A stretch of DNA of 63,823 nt, counting the filler, from Folioceros fuciformis (taxonomy: Eukaryota), in the NCBI GenBank assembly GCA_049999805.1. It is 25 parts of 25 records of this genome, joined end to end, with 100 filler letters (N's around TTAATTAATTAA, not from the genome) between each part and the next. Parts side by side here need not be neighbours in the genome. Positions count along the whole stretch, not along the records: positions 9,811 to 13,151 come from JBNGIO010000719.1; positions 13,252 to 14,454 come from JBNGIO010000720.1; positions 14,555 to 16,155 come from JBNGIO010000721.1; positions 16,256 to 17,905 come from JBNGIO010000722.1; positions 18,006 to 19,278 come from JBNGIO010000723.1; positions 19,379 to 20,440 come from JBNGIO010000724.1; positions 20,541 to 21,841 come from JBNGIO010000725.1; 18 more parts are not named here. One strand, given 5' to 3'. Below the pieces are notes generated by a model, which searched no databases, was not told where the DNA came from, and saw only the letters and a list, made by a program, of their open reading frames with translations. Made by a program: the position numbers and the translations under genes. The first letter of the stretch is position 1, and each line of letters starts with the position of its first letter. Of this stretch, positions 9,811-21,941 are shown piece by piece.

Positions 9811-12141
9811 CAAGAGAAGCATCTTACATTGAGAATGATCGTGTGTAGTAGTGAATAACAAAAGCAATGTCTTATGCCATACACTATGGCGGTTAGGTAT
9901 TTTGTGATTGTGTCTTTTCACATTAGGCTATCTAGCCCTAGCTAAAACTTATTTAACTTAACCTAGTTGTTGACTAGTTGACGCTAGACTATTCCTAGGC
10001 TTCACTTTGCACCCCCACTTAGTCACAGCCGTCAACCTCCACCAATTTTCTTGATCACTTCATTTTCTTTCTTCTCGGCTTCAATGTCAGACCTGTGTCT
10101 CAAGCCAAGTCCAACAATATGCAAGTTATGTTTTTCTTTTGCCTTGGTCAGTAAATCAGCTGTATTGTCATCTGTGGGGATGTAGCTGAGACTGATTGTC
10201 TTGTTGGCAATCGCATTTCTTATGAAATGTTGCTTCACCTCCACATGTCTCGTACGAGCATGTGACATAGGATTCCTGGCTATAGCAATGGCAGACTGAT
10301 TATCGCAATACATTGGCGTCGGCTCCTGCTGCTGGTGACCTAGAGTTTCCAAGAAATTCCGTAAGTGCATAAATTCTTGAACTGCAATTGTGGTTGCCGC
10401 ATATTCGGCCTCCCTAGATGATAGTGCAACCACTGTTTGCTTCTTTGAGGACAGCTAACGAGGTCACCGCACACCTTTATACAATATGCAGATATGGACC
10501 TACGTGAGGTCTTATCACCAGCCCAATCGGAGTCCGTCTTGCATTCCATCCAAGTCCTTCCATCAACCCCTTTCTTGCTGTACAAAAGTCCTAGGTTAGA
10601 TGTGCCTTTCAAGTACCTGAGGACACGCTTAGTAGCTATCCAATGCTGCTGTCCTGGGTTGGCTAAGAATTGTGAGGCAATTGATGTCACATGGGCAATA
10701 TCTGGTCTAGTCCAGCCACTCAGCCATAGCAAACACCCTACAAGAACTCTGTATGGTGTATTCTCCATCTCCTTCTGCTCAGCAGGTGTCTTGGGACATT
10801 GATCTTGTGTTAGGGTAGCCCCCACTGCAGTTGGAGTTGCTACTGGCTTCGCATTTTGCATGTTGAACTTCTCAAGTAATCTGTTCACATAATGCTGTTG
10901 GTGGAGAAATATGCTTCCCATCACTGGGTTCATGAGTGCTTGGACACCTATGAAGAATTTGCAAGGGCCCAAATTTGTCATTTTGAATTCTGATGATAGG
11001 ATGCCTTTTACCTCTTTTATCATGCCATCATTGGACCCAAATATGATTGTGTCATCGACGTACACCGCTAGGTAGGCAGTCTGCCCTTTCTTCTTATATA
11101 CATAGACACTGCCATCAGCATCTAATTGCTTAAACCCTCTCCTTACAAGATATGTGTGCAACCTCAAGTTCCACCCATGATTCGATTGTTTGAGGCCAGA
11201 CTGGGTTTTCTTCAGCCTACAAACCTTGCTTGGGTGCTTGGCATCAATATAGCCTTCAGGCTGCATCATGTATACCTCTTCTTCAAGGAGGCCATTAAGG
11301 AATGCCGTCTGTACATCCATCTGGTGGATGTGATAACCTTCTTGAGCTGCGATAGCCATGAGTGTCCTTAATGATGACGCACGCACAACAGGAGAGAAGG
11401 TCTCATTGTAGTCTATCCCTTCTCTTTGGAAGAATCCACGCACCACTAGTCTAGCTTTGAACCTAGCTGTGCTACCATCAGGGTTGAGTTTCCTCTTGAA
11501 CACCCATTTGTTTGAAATCGGCCTCCTTCCTTGGGGTAGATCAACTAATTCCCAAGTCTCGTTCTCAATGAAGGAATCAAACTCTAATTTGATCGCTGCT
11601 TGCCACTGCTCCTTCTCCGGTGAGTTTATGGCTTCTTTGTAGAATGCTGGTTCACCTAGGTCTTGGGCTGCTATGAGTATTTGAGCCAGCATGGCATTCA
11701 TATTTGCATTAGGCCGTATGTGCCCTTCCATGGCAAGCGGCACTTGACTCCATTCCAGGGGAGAGCTTGTATGGTGTCTTGCTGACCTCCTAAGCATAGC
11801 AGGCTGACCAAGTTTAGGTTGTGTTGGCACATTGGTTTGAGCTTCACCCTCACTTGCATTGGCCTCAAATGTGTCACCAGCATCAGTGTCAACTTGTGGT
11901 GGTGGATTTAGGCCAAGAGCTTAGGTATGACTTGGGGCTTATGGTGGAGGTACTTATGGTTGACTTGCACATGGAATTATTTGCTCAAGTTTAGAATCAC
12001 TATCACTTTGGAGTTCAGTAACTTGAAAGTCAGACATCACACCCTGTCGGCCCCCCTCTCTAGCACAAGCTGCAACCAACAAGTTGTTCTCATCAAAAAT
12101 GCCAACACGAGTATGAGTGACATGGCCGGAGCTAAGGTCAG
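9811..12141 (-). mobile_element. Ty1/copia fragment: integrase tail, RT and RNase H (10032-11830, frameshifted), PPT ~10012-10020, 3' LTR
   Basis: FKARLVVRG, QMDVQTAFLNG, YVDD, TDSDWAGD, CDNQSA, TADLLTK. Confidence 0.95.
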
Positions 12142-13151
12142 CATGGAGGCAAAACCCCGAGCACTGATTGCCAACGGGTTCCACCTTTAGTGGCCACACT
12201 TATCCCACTGTCGTTGAGACATTGGGTTCCATTCCCACGAAGGAGCGATGGGGTTCCTTACTGCTGTGGATCGAGGGTTGGACTTGATCGACTCGATGAT
12301 GGATTCGAGGGCTCCCCTCTAGCTCCGATCAGGCGTAGGACATGCCTCGCTGTCCGGCGGTCAGCTGCACCTCTCTCGGTGCCCACAAACTCACTTCAGT
12401 CACTACAACGACCCTAACCTCTTAGATCTGCGACTTCCCTCACTCACTTCACTCACTCTCTCACTCTAGCACCAACACCAGCAACTAACAATGACACCAC
12501 TACCTTCTACACTTCCCTACTAACTCCTCCTACCCGGCAAGAGACACTAGACTAACCCCAAAGAAAAGAAAGAAGGGAACACACTCCCCTCTGGGATATC
12601 TCCCCCCCACAACCTTACCAGACGCCATGAAACATGGCCGGCCTACAGCACTTGTCCAAACAGGGAACAAGAGTGGACAAGTCGAGAGAAAGACACATCC
12701 TTTACAATCAAGAGCTAGGGGCAAGCCCCTACACCCTGGTCATTACACCTTGTGATCCTACCAGACACTATACAGCCGGCAACACGCGGCTTGCGATCCT
12801 ACCAGACGTTGCACAGCCGGCAACACACTGCAGGTCCTAAACCCAGCAGGGACAGACCACAAGAGCTCATGAAGAGAGGACCTCCAAGAGCTCACGAAGA
12901 CATAGACTGACTCCCAAAGTGAATGACTCCCTCCTCCTGCAGGCTCACCTGATCTTATAGGAGCCTCTCTCTCTCTCTGACTTCACCTCTCTCTAACTTG
13001 AGAAATATTATTTTAATAAGACCACTAGCCTAGCCGGCTATCACCAGCCACTTATTTAAACTTCTAGCACATCCTGCCACCAATGAGCTCCTGGCCCTAC
13101 CACCACAAGGATCTACCACCTCTTAGACTATCTTGAGACTTTGGAGGATGT
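12142..13151 (-). mobile_element. Family B LTR inserted into copia integrase region (longest copy, ~1 kb to the contig end)
   Basis: Matches 1-691 in reverse; copia sequence stops abruptly at the junction. Confidence 0.85.
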
Positions 13152-14739
13152 NNNNNNNNNNNNNNNNNNNNNNNNNNNNNNNNNNNNNNNNNNNNTTAAT
13201 TAATTAANNNNNNNNNNNNNNNNNNNNNNNNNNNNNNNNNNNNNNNNNNNNTGTATTGGTACCGTGATGCCTTGCTACAGGGTGATAATATCCCAAAATA
13301 TGGGCTTGGTCTTTTGATAGAGGATCTGAATTTTGATACCGATTTTCTTCAAGCATGTGCCAAATCCGCTAACATAGGTGAAGATATGGTCAATGTAGAG
13401 GAGGACTTGCTGATCATACAAGCCCATGTAGAGAACGTCCAAGTGGTGATGAAGGAGGTCGAACAGGCTGGTAAGGGAATAAGCCTAAAATAAATTGCAT
13501 TAATAGTATTATTGCATAATGCTAACATGTGGTGTTTTTGAAGATGATCCTTGTCGGCAATTATCTCCCACCCATTCCAAAAGCAGAAATCCAACAAGTG
13601 AAGACTCAAGAGTCGTGTTACAATATCCAGGATATGATAACTTCGATGTTGAAGAAGATGATACGTTGGAGGAGTCCTGGGGCACCATGAAGGATAATGT
13701 GACCTCCTAGCCGGCTGTATGTGAGGGGAGACCAAGCTGGAGATCGCACCCAAGTGCAAATAGCCCCCACCTTAAAGATGTGGAGGCTAGCAAAGGGGAG
13801 CCTCTTGTGAAAAAAGAGAACAATGGAAACGAGAAGAGTGAGTTAGGAAAATAGGTACGGGTACCTATATATGTAAGCTAAAAAGCTAACATTTTTCCTA
13901 ATAAAAATCTATTGTAGGTGTAGATAAATGTGTAGGCACAAGCCATGTGAGGTTTGCTATACCACTATAAGTAACCCAATGAAAAACAAGTACAAAAAGG
14001 AAAGTACCAACTTCCTATTTACCAACTGGGAATCTATTTAAGGCTACTTACATGTTATTTCCAGGGGAACCAGATGACCATGAGGCTCCCATGGAGTATG
14101 TACGTGACAAGAAAGGAATATTTTTATTTATTTATCATTAGGGGTATGCAGCGGTGAGGCTATGACGCCGGAACGTGAATCAAAAACATGATTGAATGGA
14201 CACTTTGGGAAAGCGCAAAAGAAAGAGGATTAGAGCAAACCAAATAGCAAATCTAGATAGCTATGTCAATAAGGCTAAGTTATGTAATCGCCAATCGCCT
14301 TGAAGTAAGAGAGAAGTTTTTCCCTGAGTTTGGGAACACTAAGAAGTTGGCGGATATCGTAGTAAGAGCCTTGAAACATCTGGATCCAAGTGTTGCGAGT
14401 GGCCATGCACTGGCCAAGGATGTGGTGACGAGTTTCTTTTGAAGACCTGCATTTNNNNNNNNNNNNNNNNNNNNNNNNNNNNNNNNNNNNNNNNNNNNTT
14501 AATTAATTAANNNNNNNNNNNNNNNNNNNNNNNNNNNNNNNNNNNNNNNNNNNNAAAAGCAGGATAGACTGGCAGAAGAGCGGCAAAGGGGAGGTACAGC
14601 ACTGTGGTGAGGTTGGCTGCATGGAGAAGACCGACAGAGCAAAGCGGGGGTTGGAAGGGCCTACGGCAGTAGTAAGAGGACGGAGTAGAGGGGGGTGCCC
14701 GCGAGCCAAGAGACTAGACAGGCGGGACACGAACTGTGA

Positions 14740-15290
14740 GGGAAGGGAACTGGGAGAAGAAGTGGGGACGGCTCCTTAGGCCATGGCAACGATCGCAACG
14801 ACCTAGTGGCCCACCATGGACCATTGCAAGATTCGGGCTGGTCTTCTTGTGCAGGAGCTGGGGCTGGGACTCATGGAGAAAATGTGGTGTTACGACAACC
14901 GAGCATTGGTACAAGAGTGCGCCCAACACCTGAGGCGAGGTCAATAGAAGGAAGCCTGGGGACTGGAGCCTAGAACTTTTTTCTATAGGTATACGGCCGT
15001 GAAGAAGCGGAAGAGAGAGGAATAGTGATCGACCTTTAGAGGAAGAAGACCCTGAAAACTACCGTAACCGCACTCATGAAGCCTAGAGAGGTGAGCACTA
15101 ATAATGGGTGGGTAGTTTGGCAGCTAGCTTCATCTCAACTCGTGGGGCTGGCCAAATGGATCTTATGCCTCCTGTAGAGCAAGGCCAACCATTTTCTGGT
15201 CTTTCTCCATGACGTGGTCAGTGGTGCATAGGTGAAATGGAATCGAATTATTTTTGAGCATGCCTATGAGGAAAGGGCCTATTAGCTTCA
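14740..15290 (+). pseudogene. Decayed copy of the accessory ORF seen at 3757-6057
   Basis: Shared VYG, NNGWVV.QLA, LVGLAKWILC, W.RIIFE motifs with many stops. Confidence 0.6.
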
Positions 15291-16155
15291 TCCACTCTCG
15301 CCACTTGGTAGCTCCCTACTTAAGCTTGGAAAGTAATATTTTGTTTTTGTCGATGACTTGGCCTCCTCAGCAGCTAAAGTGATGATATGACTACCATCAA
15401 TTACTCCAAGTCCTTCCCTATGTTTGTTGTGTTTATAAGTCGGAAGAGTCTTAGTGAAAATATCGGCAGTATTATCCTTGGTATTTACATAAGCCACTAC
15501 CACCACTCCTCGCGAAGTAACATCGCGTATATAATGGTGATATAGCTCAATGTGCTTAGTACGAGCATGATAACGAGATTAGCGACTAAAGCTATAGCTG
15601 ACATGATATCACAATTGAGCAATGTAGGCTGAGGCTGGGGCCATTTTATATCACTTAGAAGTGAATGCTCCCACTCAGCCTCTTTACTTGCTTCAGTAAG
15701 AGCTTTATACTCCTCCTCTATCGAACTCAAGGCGAGACTCGTTTGCTTCTTACATCTCCAGCTTACGGAGGCGCCAGCTAACATAAAACAATATGCGGAA
15801 ATACTTTTCGGCGTGTCGGCGTCAGAGGCCCAATTGGCATCTACATATCCAGATAGCTCGAACTCTTTTCGACCTGTAGAAGTGTAGCAGATGTCATATG
15901 TTGAGGTACCACTCACGTGCCTCAGGATCCTCTTCGCTGCTATCCAATGCTTCCTACCCGGATTCTGAAGGTATTGAGCAGCAGCATTAACAGCATGCAT
16001 GATATCGGGCCTAGTCCAATTAGCCAAACAAAGGTGACAACCCACACAAGCAGCATAAGGGATGGTAAGCATATCCTCACGCTCAGCATCAGATTGTGGG
16101 CAATCCTCAGAAGATAACCGAATACCAACTACCCCTGGAGTAGATACGGGCCTTG
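15290..16155 (-). mobile_element. Ty1/copia RT C-terminus and RNase H, frameshifted
   Basis: WTRPDI, AAKRILR, YVDANWASD, NTADIFTK. Confidence 0.92.
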
Positions 16156-16255
16156 NNNNNNNNNNNNNNNNNNNNNNNNNNNNNNNNNNNNNNNNNNNNT
16201 TAATTAATTAANNNNNNNNNNNNNNNNNNNNNNNNNNNNNNNNNNNNNNNNNNNN

Positions 16256-17130
16256 GTAGGCGCATGCAGATATCCCATGTAGTGAACCCATGCTCTCCGT
16301 ACGCGATGGGTGTATGGAGAGAGGGTGGGGCATGCTCACACCCTCCCGCCTAGCAACTGAACGTACTCCATATCCACCTACTGCTGTATCTGTTCACTCT
16401 TGGACGGGGCACTCGGGAAGAGAGAATTGCAGCCGCTATCGACATCAAAATGTCCGTGGAAGGGAGGCTAGAGCGCCGCAGGCGTCTGAATGTTGTCGTC
16501 GACAATGGTTACTCCATCCTTGCTGATTCGAGAACGGAGGAGGAAGATGAGGACAATGTGTTCTAGGATGACCCACCCGCCGACCAACCGCCAACGTCAT
16601 GCATCCCGAACGCCATAGCTTACCACACCGGCAGCAGAGCCCGCGACCTCGGCACCATCTGCTCGTAGCACGATCTGCTACACTCCTGATGGACTTGCAG
16701 TGCTCCAAGTGCCAAGTGTGAGCACAATATGCCGGAGTTGGCCGACACCGCGAGGACGCCTACCAGCTACTGCAAGTGCATCCATGGTGGTAGCACAGGG
16801 AGTGCCCCGCTCGCCCGCACACACTCCACATATTTCACCGCGTCCACCACTGAAGGACACCATGAGAGCAGCGGCCGGTAACATACCCATGACGCTGTGA
16901 CAAGATCACATCATTGGCACCCCATCGCCCAGGAAGAGGCAACGAGTGATGGTTGCAGGAAGCCCGCTCGTGCGTGTGCACATCAAGAAGCTGAAGATAA
17001 TGGTTCCTCTGACCCTCGACTTCCCAGAATTCTCGATTGAGCCGCCTGATGGGGGCGCGCCCCTGCAAGCCAGGAAAATAACATCCTTCGACTGGATTGT
17101 GGTGGAGCTACACGTGCCGTCGTCGATGCT
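16256..17130 (-). pseudogene. Decayed gypsy-like gag/protease relic
   Basis: RGRGLCCRCGKLW knuckle-like motif followed by VDSG protease-like motif. Confidence 0.45.
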
Positions 17131-17905
17131 TGTAAGTTAGAAGTACAGACCGAGTTGGTTATGGGTAACTTAGCTAGCGTGGTCATACCCTTTGGTATCT
17201 AGTACCGAAGAGGTACAACTCTTCAGACATAGGCTATAAAAGCCCACCTCTTGTAATCAATTTTATCAATTAGTAAAGCACTATCTTTGATCAAACGCTT
17301 CCGCAAAGCACTACAAACAAGGTATCAGAGCACAAGTTTGATTACTGAGTTCATCATGCATTATGATATGAATCTTAATGTTCTTCTAATATGCAACGTC
17401 TTTCTTATGCCTTCGGTATTTGTAATATGAAGCTATTTCATACTTATTCATAGTTTCTCTTATATTCAACCAAACATGTTTTGTTAATAAAATAGTTTGG
17501 CTTCTTCTATGATTAACTTTTATATTCATTAAAGTTTCATGTCTAATTACCACTCTCATTCTTCAATCTTATTCTTCCAACGCTTCTAGCACTCTTATCA
17601 TTCTCTCTTGCTCAAAACTTTGTTTCTTTATCATTTCATTCAAAGTTATAACATGGCAAGAAGACACAATTACAACAGTAATCAAGCTAAGAGAAGCGGA
17701 GAACCAGATAGGAGAAGGAAAGGTAGACGAAGTGTGCACCCTTGACGATCCTACTATCGTAACAGGCTGAATGCTTCTTTGTTTAATACCCTGAAAGTAA
17801 GATAGTCAACGTGCTATCCCGTTTCTTCCTAGAAAACAACTTTGTGTCATTTTTCACAAGAGGAGTTTCAAGCAATCTAAGAATTCATCGTCACAACGTT
17901 CTAAC
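17131..17905 (+). mobile_element. 5' LTR (17131-17319), variant PBS AGGTATCAGAGC (17320-17331) and 5' UTR of an LTR retrotransposon
   Basis: TGTAAG...AACA, CTATAAAA TATA box, iMet PBS immediately after. Confidence 0.75.
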
Positions 17906-18083
17906 NNNNNNNNNNNNNNNNNNNNNNNNNNNNNNNNNNNNNNNNNNNNTTAATTAATTAANNNNNNNNNNNNNNNNNNNNNNNNNNNNNNNNNNNNNNN
18001 NNNNNCCCCACCTTTCCTCTACAACACTCCCTCACAAATCCAAAAAAAAGAAAACCTATCCTTTCCCAGGGGTCTATTCAGCA

Positions 18084-19278
18084 TGTGGAGTCCACAATAG
18101 GGTAGGTAGGTTGTGTGGTAGATAGGACACGGGCTCTGGTTCCTCGGGGTAAGGTAACGGAGGAATAGGAAACCTGGGACGTCGTGGAAAGCGAGCTGGG
18201 GGTCCTCTGGCTGTTGCTAGTGGAAGCTGGGGACGGAGATGGACGTGTCGGGACGCTGCCTTGGTGCATCGGGTGGATAGGGATCACCAGAGCACAAGTG
18301 GCCAGATTAGCAGACTGGCGGGATCCAGGGCGGTGGCTTGGATCTGGCCGGATTTAGAAGGCAGGAGCTGGCTTGCGGCCTCTGGGCAAGTGGCTGGCAG
18401 TAGGCTTGTAGGAGGGTTGGCTGGCGGATCGGCTGTAGGGGATCCAGCCAGACAACCTGGACGGCCCGGTTGGACGCAGGGAATCTGGGAGGCCAAGGTT
18501 GGTGGCTGGCTCCCGGGCTGGATATGGAGGCCGGGGGTCGGCTAGTGGCATTGGCCAGTTGGTCACGGCAAGCCGCGGCGCTGGCAGGCCGGGGCCCGGC
18601 TAAGGTCCCGACGGGGTCTACCACGCAGACGGCAACTCGGTCAGGCTACAAGCAGACAGCTTGGCCTGGTTGCAGGCCACCAGCCGCTGTAGCAAGGCGG
18701 CCTCGTAGCGGCAGCAGGGACAGGGTGGTATGGGGTCTAGCCAGGGCAAATCCAACCAAGCAACTAGTTGATCGGCTGGGCAAGGGTCTGGTCATGGCGA
18801 CTGGTCGCGATGGGGCCAGACAGGTGCTGGCCGGATCGCCAACCACCCAGCGGGCAGGCCAGAAGCAGGCGGTTCCGGCCAAACGTCCAGGTAGTAGCCG
18901 TGTAGCTCGGCGGCAGGCTGGTGGGCAAGCGACCGGCAGGCGAACCTGCCTGGCTGGGTCTGGAGGCAGCTAGCGGCCTCTAGCAAATTGGCCTGGGCAA
19001 GTAGGCGACGGCCAGGAGAGTCGTGCAAGCGGGCAGGCTGCCTGGCTAGTTCCAGGCCGGTCTGGCCAGCGGGCGAGTCCAGGCACACGAACCGGTTGGT
19101 AGGGGGGGCCTACTAAATCCGGCTGGCTTCCGAGCTGGATCTAGCCAGCCAGCAGGCTGGCCAGGCCACGGGCAGCAGCGGCCGTGGATGGCATGCGACC
19201 GGATGGCGGGCAAGATTGATCGGCAGGCTTGGCGGGTTGAGCTAGGCTTGGCCAGACCCTGACCAGCAGGACACTCCG
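18084..19278 (+). mobile_element. GC-rich large-LTR segment starting TGTGGAG
   Basis: Start is the inverted complement of the CTCCACA end of families B and C; degenerate GGCCAG/GGCTGG repeats like those in contigs at 20541, 31455 and 49400. Confidence 0.55.
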
Positions 19279-19378
19279 NNNNNNNNNNNNNNNNNNNNNN
19301 NNNNNNNNNNNNNNNNNNNNNNTTAATTAATTAANNNNNNNNNNNNNNNNNNNNNNNNNNNNNNNNNNNNNNNNNNNN

Positions 19379-20440
19379 CCTGTAGAGTGTGACATCGCTG
19401 TTGGCAGCACCCATTGTGAAGTGTATGCTGTACCCAGGCTAGGGTCAGCAGATGCAGCCGTGGCTTCAGCAGTTTGAAGAACTTCCTTCAGCCTGCTGGT
19501 TGTGATGCCCATGTCCTGCAGTGTGAAAACTGGCACCTGAGTTAGCTTGGCAGCCAGTTGTGTGACTGTGGTGGTTTGGGGTAAGAGATACACATGCTCT
19601 GGTGTTGGCATGCTATGGCCAGGTGTTCTACTTGTGGGCAGCTGTTCCACACGCAGCGTTGAGTGCTACTGGCCTCGTACCAGAATTGCAGACCCCGGTG
19701 GCAGCGGGGCAAAGGACTTTGGCATGGTAGCCCTAGCCCCTCGATTCCTGGTGATAGGCCCTAAGGCAGGTGCTGTTGTTCCCATGACCACCTGTAAATT
19801 CTGCTCCACCCATGTGGCTGGCAACTCCACCTCCATGTTGCTCTCACCAATTCTGTCAACCATACATACTTGGTGTGCTGGGCCATAATCCTCATCCTCT
19901 TGTCCTGGTACCAACTTCACCGCATTGGCTGGTTTGGAAGAGCCGGTGATGCTGGACAGGTTGGCTATCAAGACTCCAAGTTGAGCTGTCATGGTAGCCA
20001 TGGAAGCCTTAAGGGAGCTGACCTTGTCAGCAGTGGTGGTTGCCTTAGCCTTGGCCTTGTCACGCTGCTGCTTACTGCGGGACAACCCAGCAACGCTTCT
20101 CGTTCCTCCTGCTTCCACACTGGCAATTGTGGCTCCTGCAGACCCTACGCTACCAATCTTCTGGTATCTTCGTTCGGGGTGCTTTTGGAAGCACACAGTA
20201 ACCACGTGTCCATTCCTTTGGCAATGGGTGCAGTAGAGTCCCTCCGGAGGACACTTACATGCAGGGGACATGTGCTCAGGGCTGCCACAATGGTTACACA
20301 TGGCTACCACTGCTGCCGCTGGAGCTGCTGCTGAAGCTACCTTAACTGGCTTAGTCTGACCAGCCTTGGCTCTTGCACCTGTGTTAGCTGCCCCCTTGCT
20401 AGAGAACATGGACTGGTAGTGCGTGAAGGCCTTGGAATGC
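19379..20440 (-). pseudogene. Retrotransposon gag with two CCHC zinc knuckles (gypsy-like)
   Basis: CNHCGSPEHMSPAC and CTHCQRNGHVVTVC; reading continues past TAG at 19666. Confidence 0.75.
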
Positions 20441-20540
20441 NNNNNNNNNNNNNNNNNNNNNNNNNNNNNNNNNNNNNNNNNNNNTTAATTAATTAANNNN
20501 NNNNNNNNNNNNNNNNNNNNNNNNNNNNNNNNNNNNNNNN

Positions 20541-21665
20541 GAACATGTTGGATTGAGGTGGGTGGCAGGCCAGGTAAGGGGCTGGCAGTTGGATCCAGGC
20601 AGCCAGGCCGGCTGGCTGAACAGTGGCCAGACAGTGGCCTGGCTGAATCGTGGCCACAGGAGTTAGCCTGCTGGAGGCTGGACAAGTGTAATGGGCAATT
20701 AGGTGCAGGGGTAGGTTAGAGTTAGGCTTTGGTTAGGCTGCGATCAGAATTAGGTCTAGGTCAGGCCTGGATCAAGTAGGTCAGGCTTAGATTAGGTTTA
20801 GGTCAGACCTAGGTTAGGTCTAGGTCAGGCTTGGATTAGGGTTAGGTCAGACTGAGGTTAGGTTTAGGTCAGAATCAGATGTAGGATGGTTTAAGTCAGA
20901 GAGAGAGATGAGGGTTAGGGTACAAGAGGGGAGGCCTGCCATTGAGAAGGGGGCGGTCTATGGTGTGAGGTCCCCGGATTTTGTGGGTAGAACTCCTGGC
21001 TTAGGGCGCTGAGCCGGTTGAGGTCGACCCGAAGTCCTGATTCCCCTTGCCACTAGGGGAACGTGGGGATCCCGAGGCTGTCAAGATCCGTGTGGCCGGA
21101 TCCGCAAGGGCTACATGAATCGCAGGTTGGCTGAAGTGAAGGAACAGGACCGTGAGCTGAAGGGCTATCCAGTCCTAGATCCACACTATGCTTGAAGACT
21201 GCAAGAAGTGAAGCCATTGTGCCCTAATTTCCAGGGGGGAAGAGCTGAAGAAAAGAGAGGAAGAGTTGGAGTGGAATGCATAGAAGTGAAGAGTGAGCTC
21301 CTGAAGGGTAGGAGTGTGTGTTGAAGTGGAGGGTGAAGGACTGAAGTGAAAAGGAAGGGACTGAAGTGGGAATCTTGGAGGACTGAAGTAAGGAGGAAGT
21401 GGCTGAAGTGGGAATCAAGAAGAGCTGAAGGACTGAAGAACAGGAGTGTGAGTTGGGTGAGCTGACTTAGGGGGTAGGCTAGGCTTCTAGCCCTTTTGTT
21501 GTGAGTGTATGGACAGACCTATAGACCGGCTGATAGGTAGAAGTGTGATAGATAGTGTTCCTTGGCACTAGTTCACTCCCTTGGGAGCGAACCATAGGAC
21601 TGCAACGACAATAGGGGAATGTGTGGCCCCTTGGGTGGTTCTTGGGTGCAAGAAATCACTCCACA
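20541..21665 (+). mobile_element. Family C large LTR, 3' part ending AAATCACTCCACA
   Basis: Highly similar reverse copy from 47621; related copies at 29253-30010 and 46791-47430. Confidence 0.75.
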
Positions 21666-21941
21666 GCAACTTACCTCTCTGCATGATCCTGTAGGGCCCG
21701 TAGAAGCCCTATGATCTGATTTATCAGATCTGGTCTAGGTTGATTTAGTTTCTATTAGAGATAGCAACATTCATACATAGACAAATTGTGGATTAATAAG
21801 GCATTTAGTATTTAGTTCAGCAATTATGCTATGTCTGCGTTNNNNNNNNNNNNNNNNNNNNNNNNNNNNNNNNNNNNNNNNNNNNTTAATTAATTAANNN
21901 NNNNNNNNNNNNNNNNNNNNNNNNNNNNNNNNNNNNNNNNN

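Noticed and set aside
18261-19088. Many overlapping ORFs in GC-rich blocks (also 31455-33101, 41843-42391, 49397-50351)
   Set aside because: Stop-poor low-complexity repeats with no domain motifs
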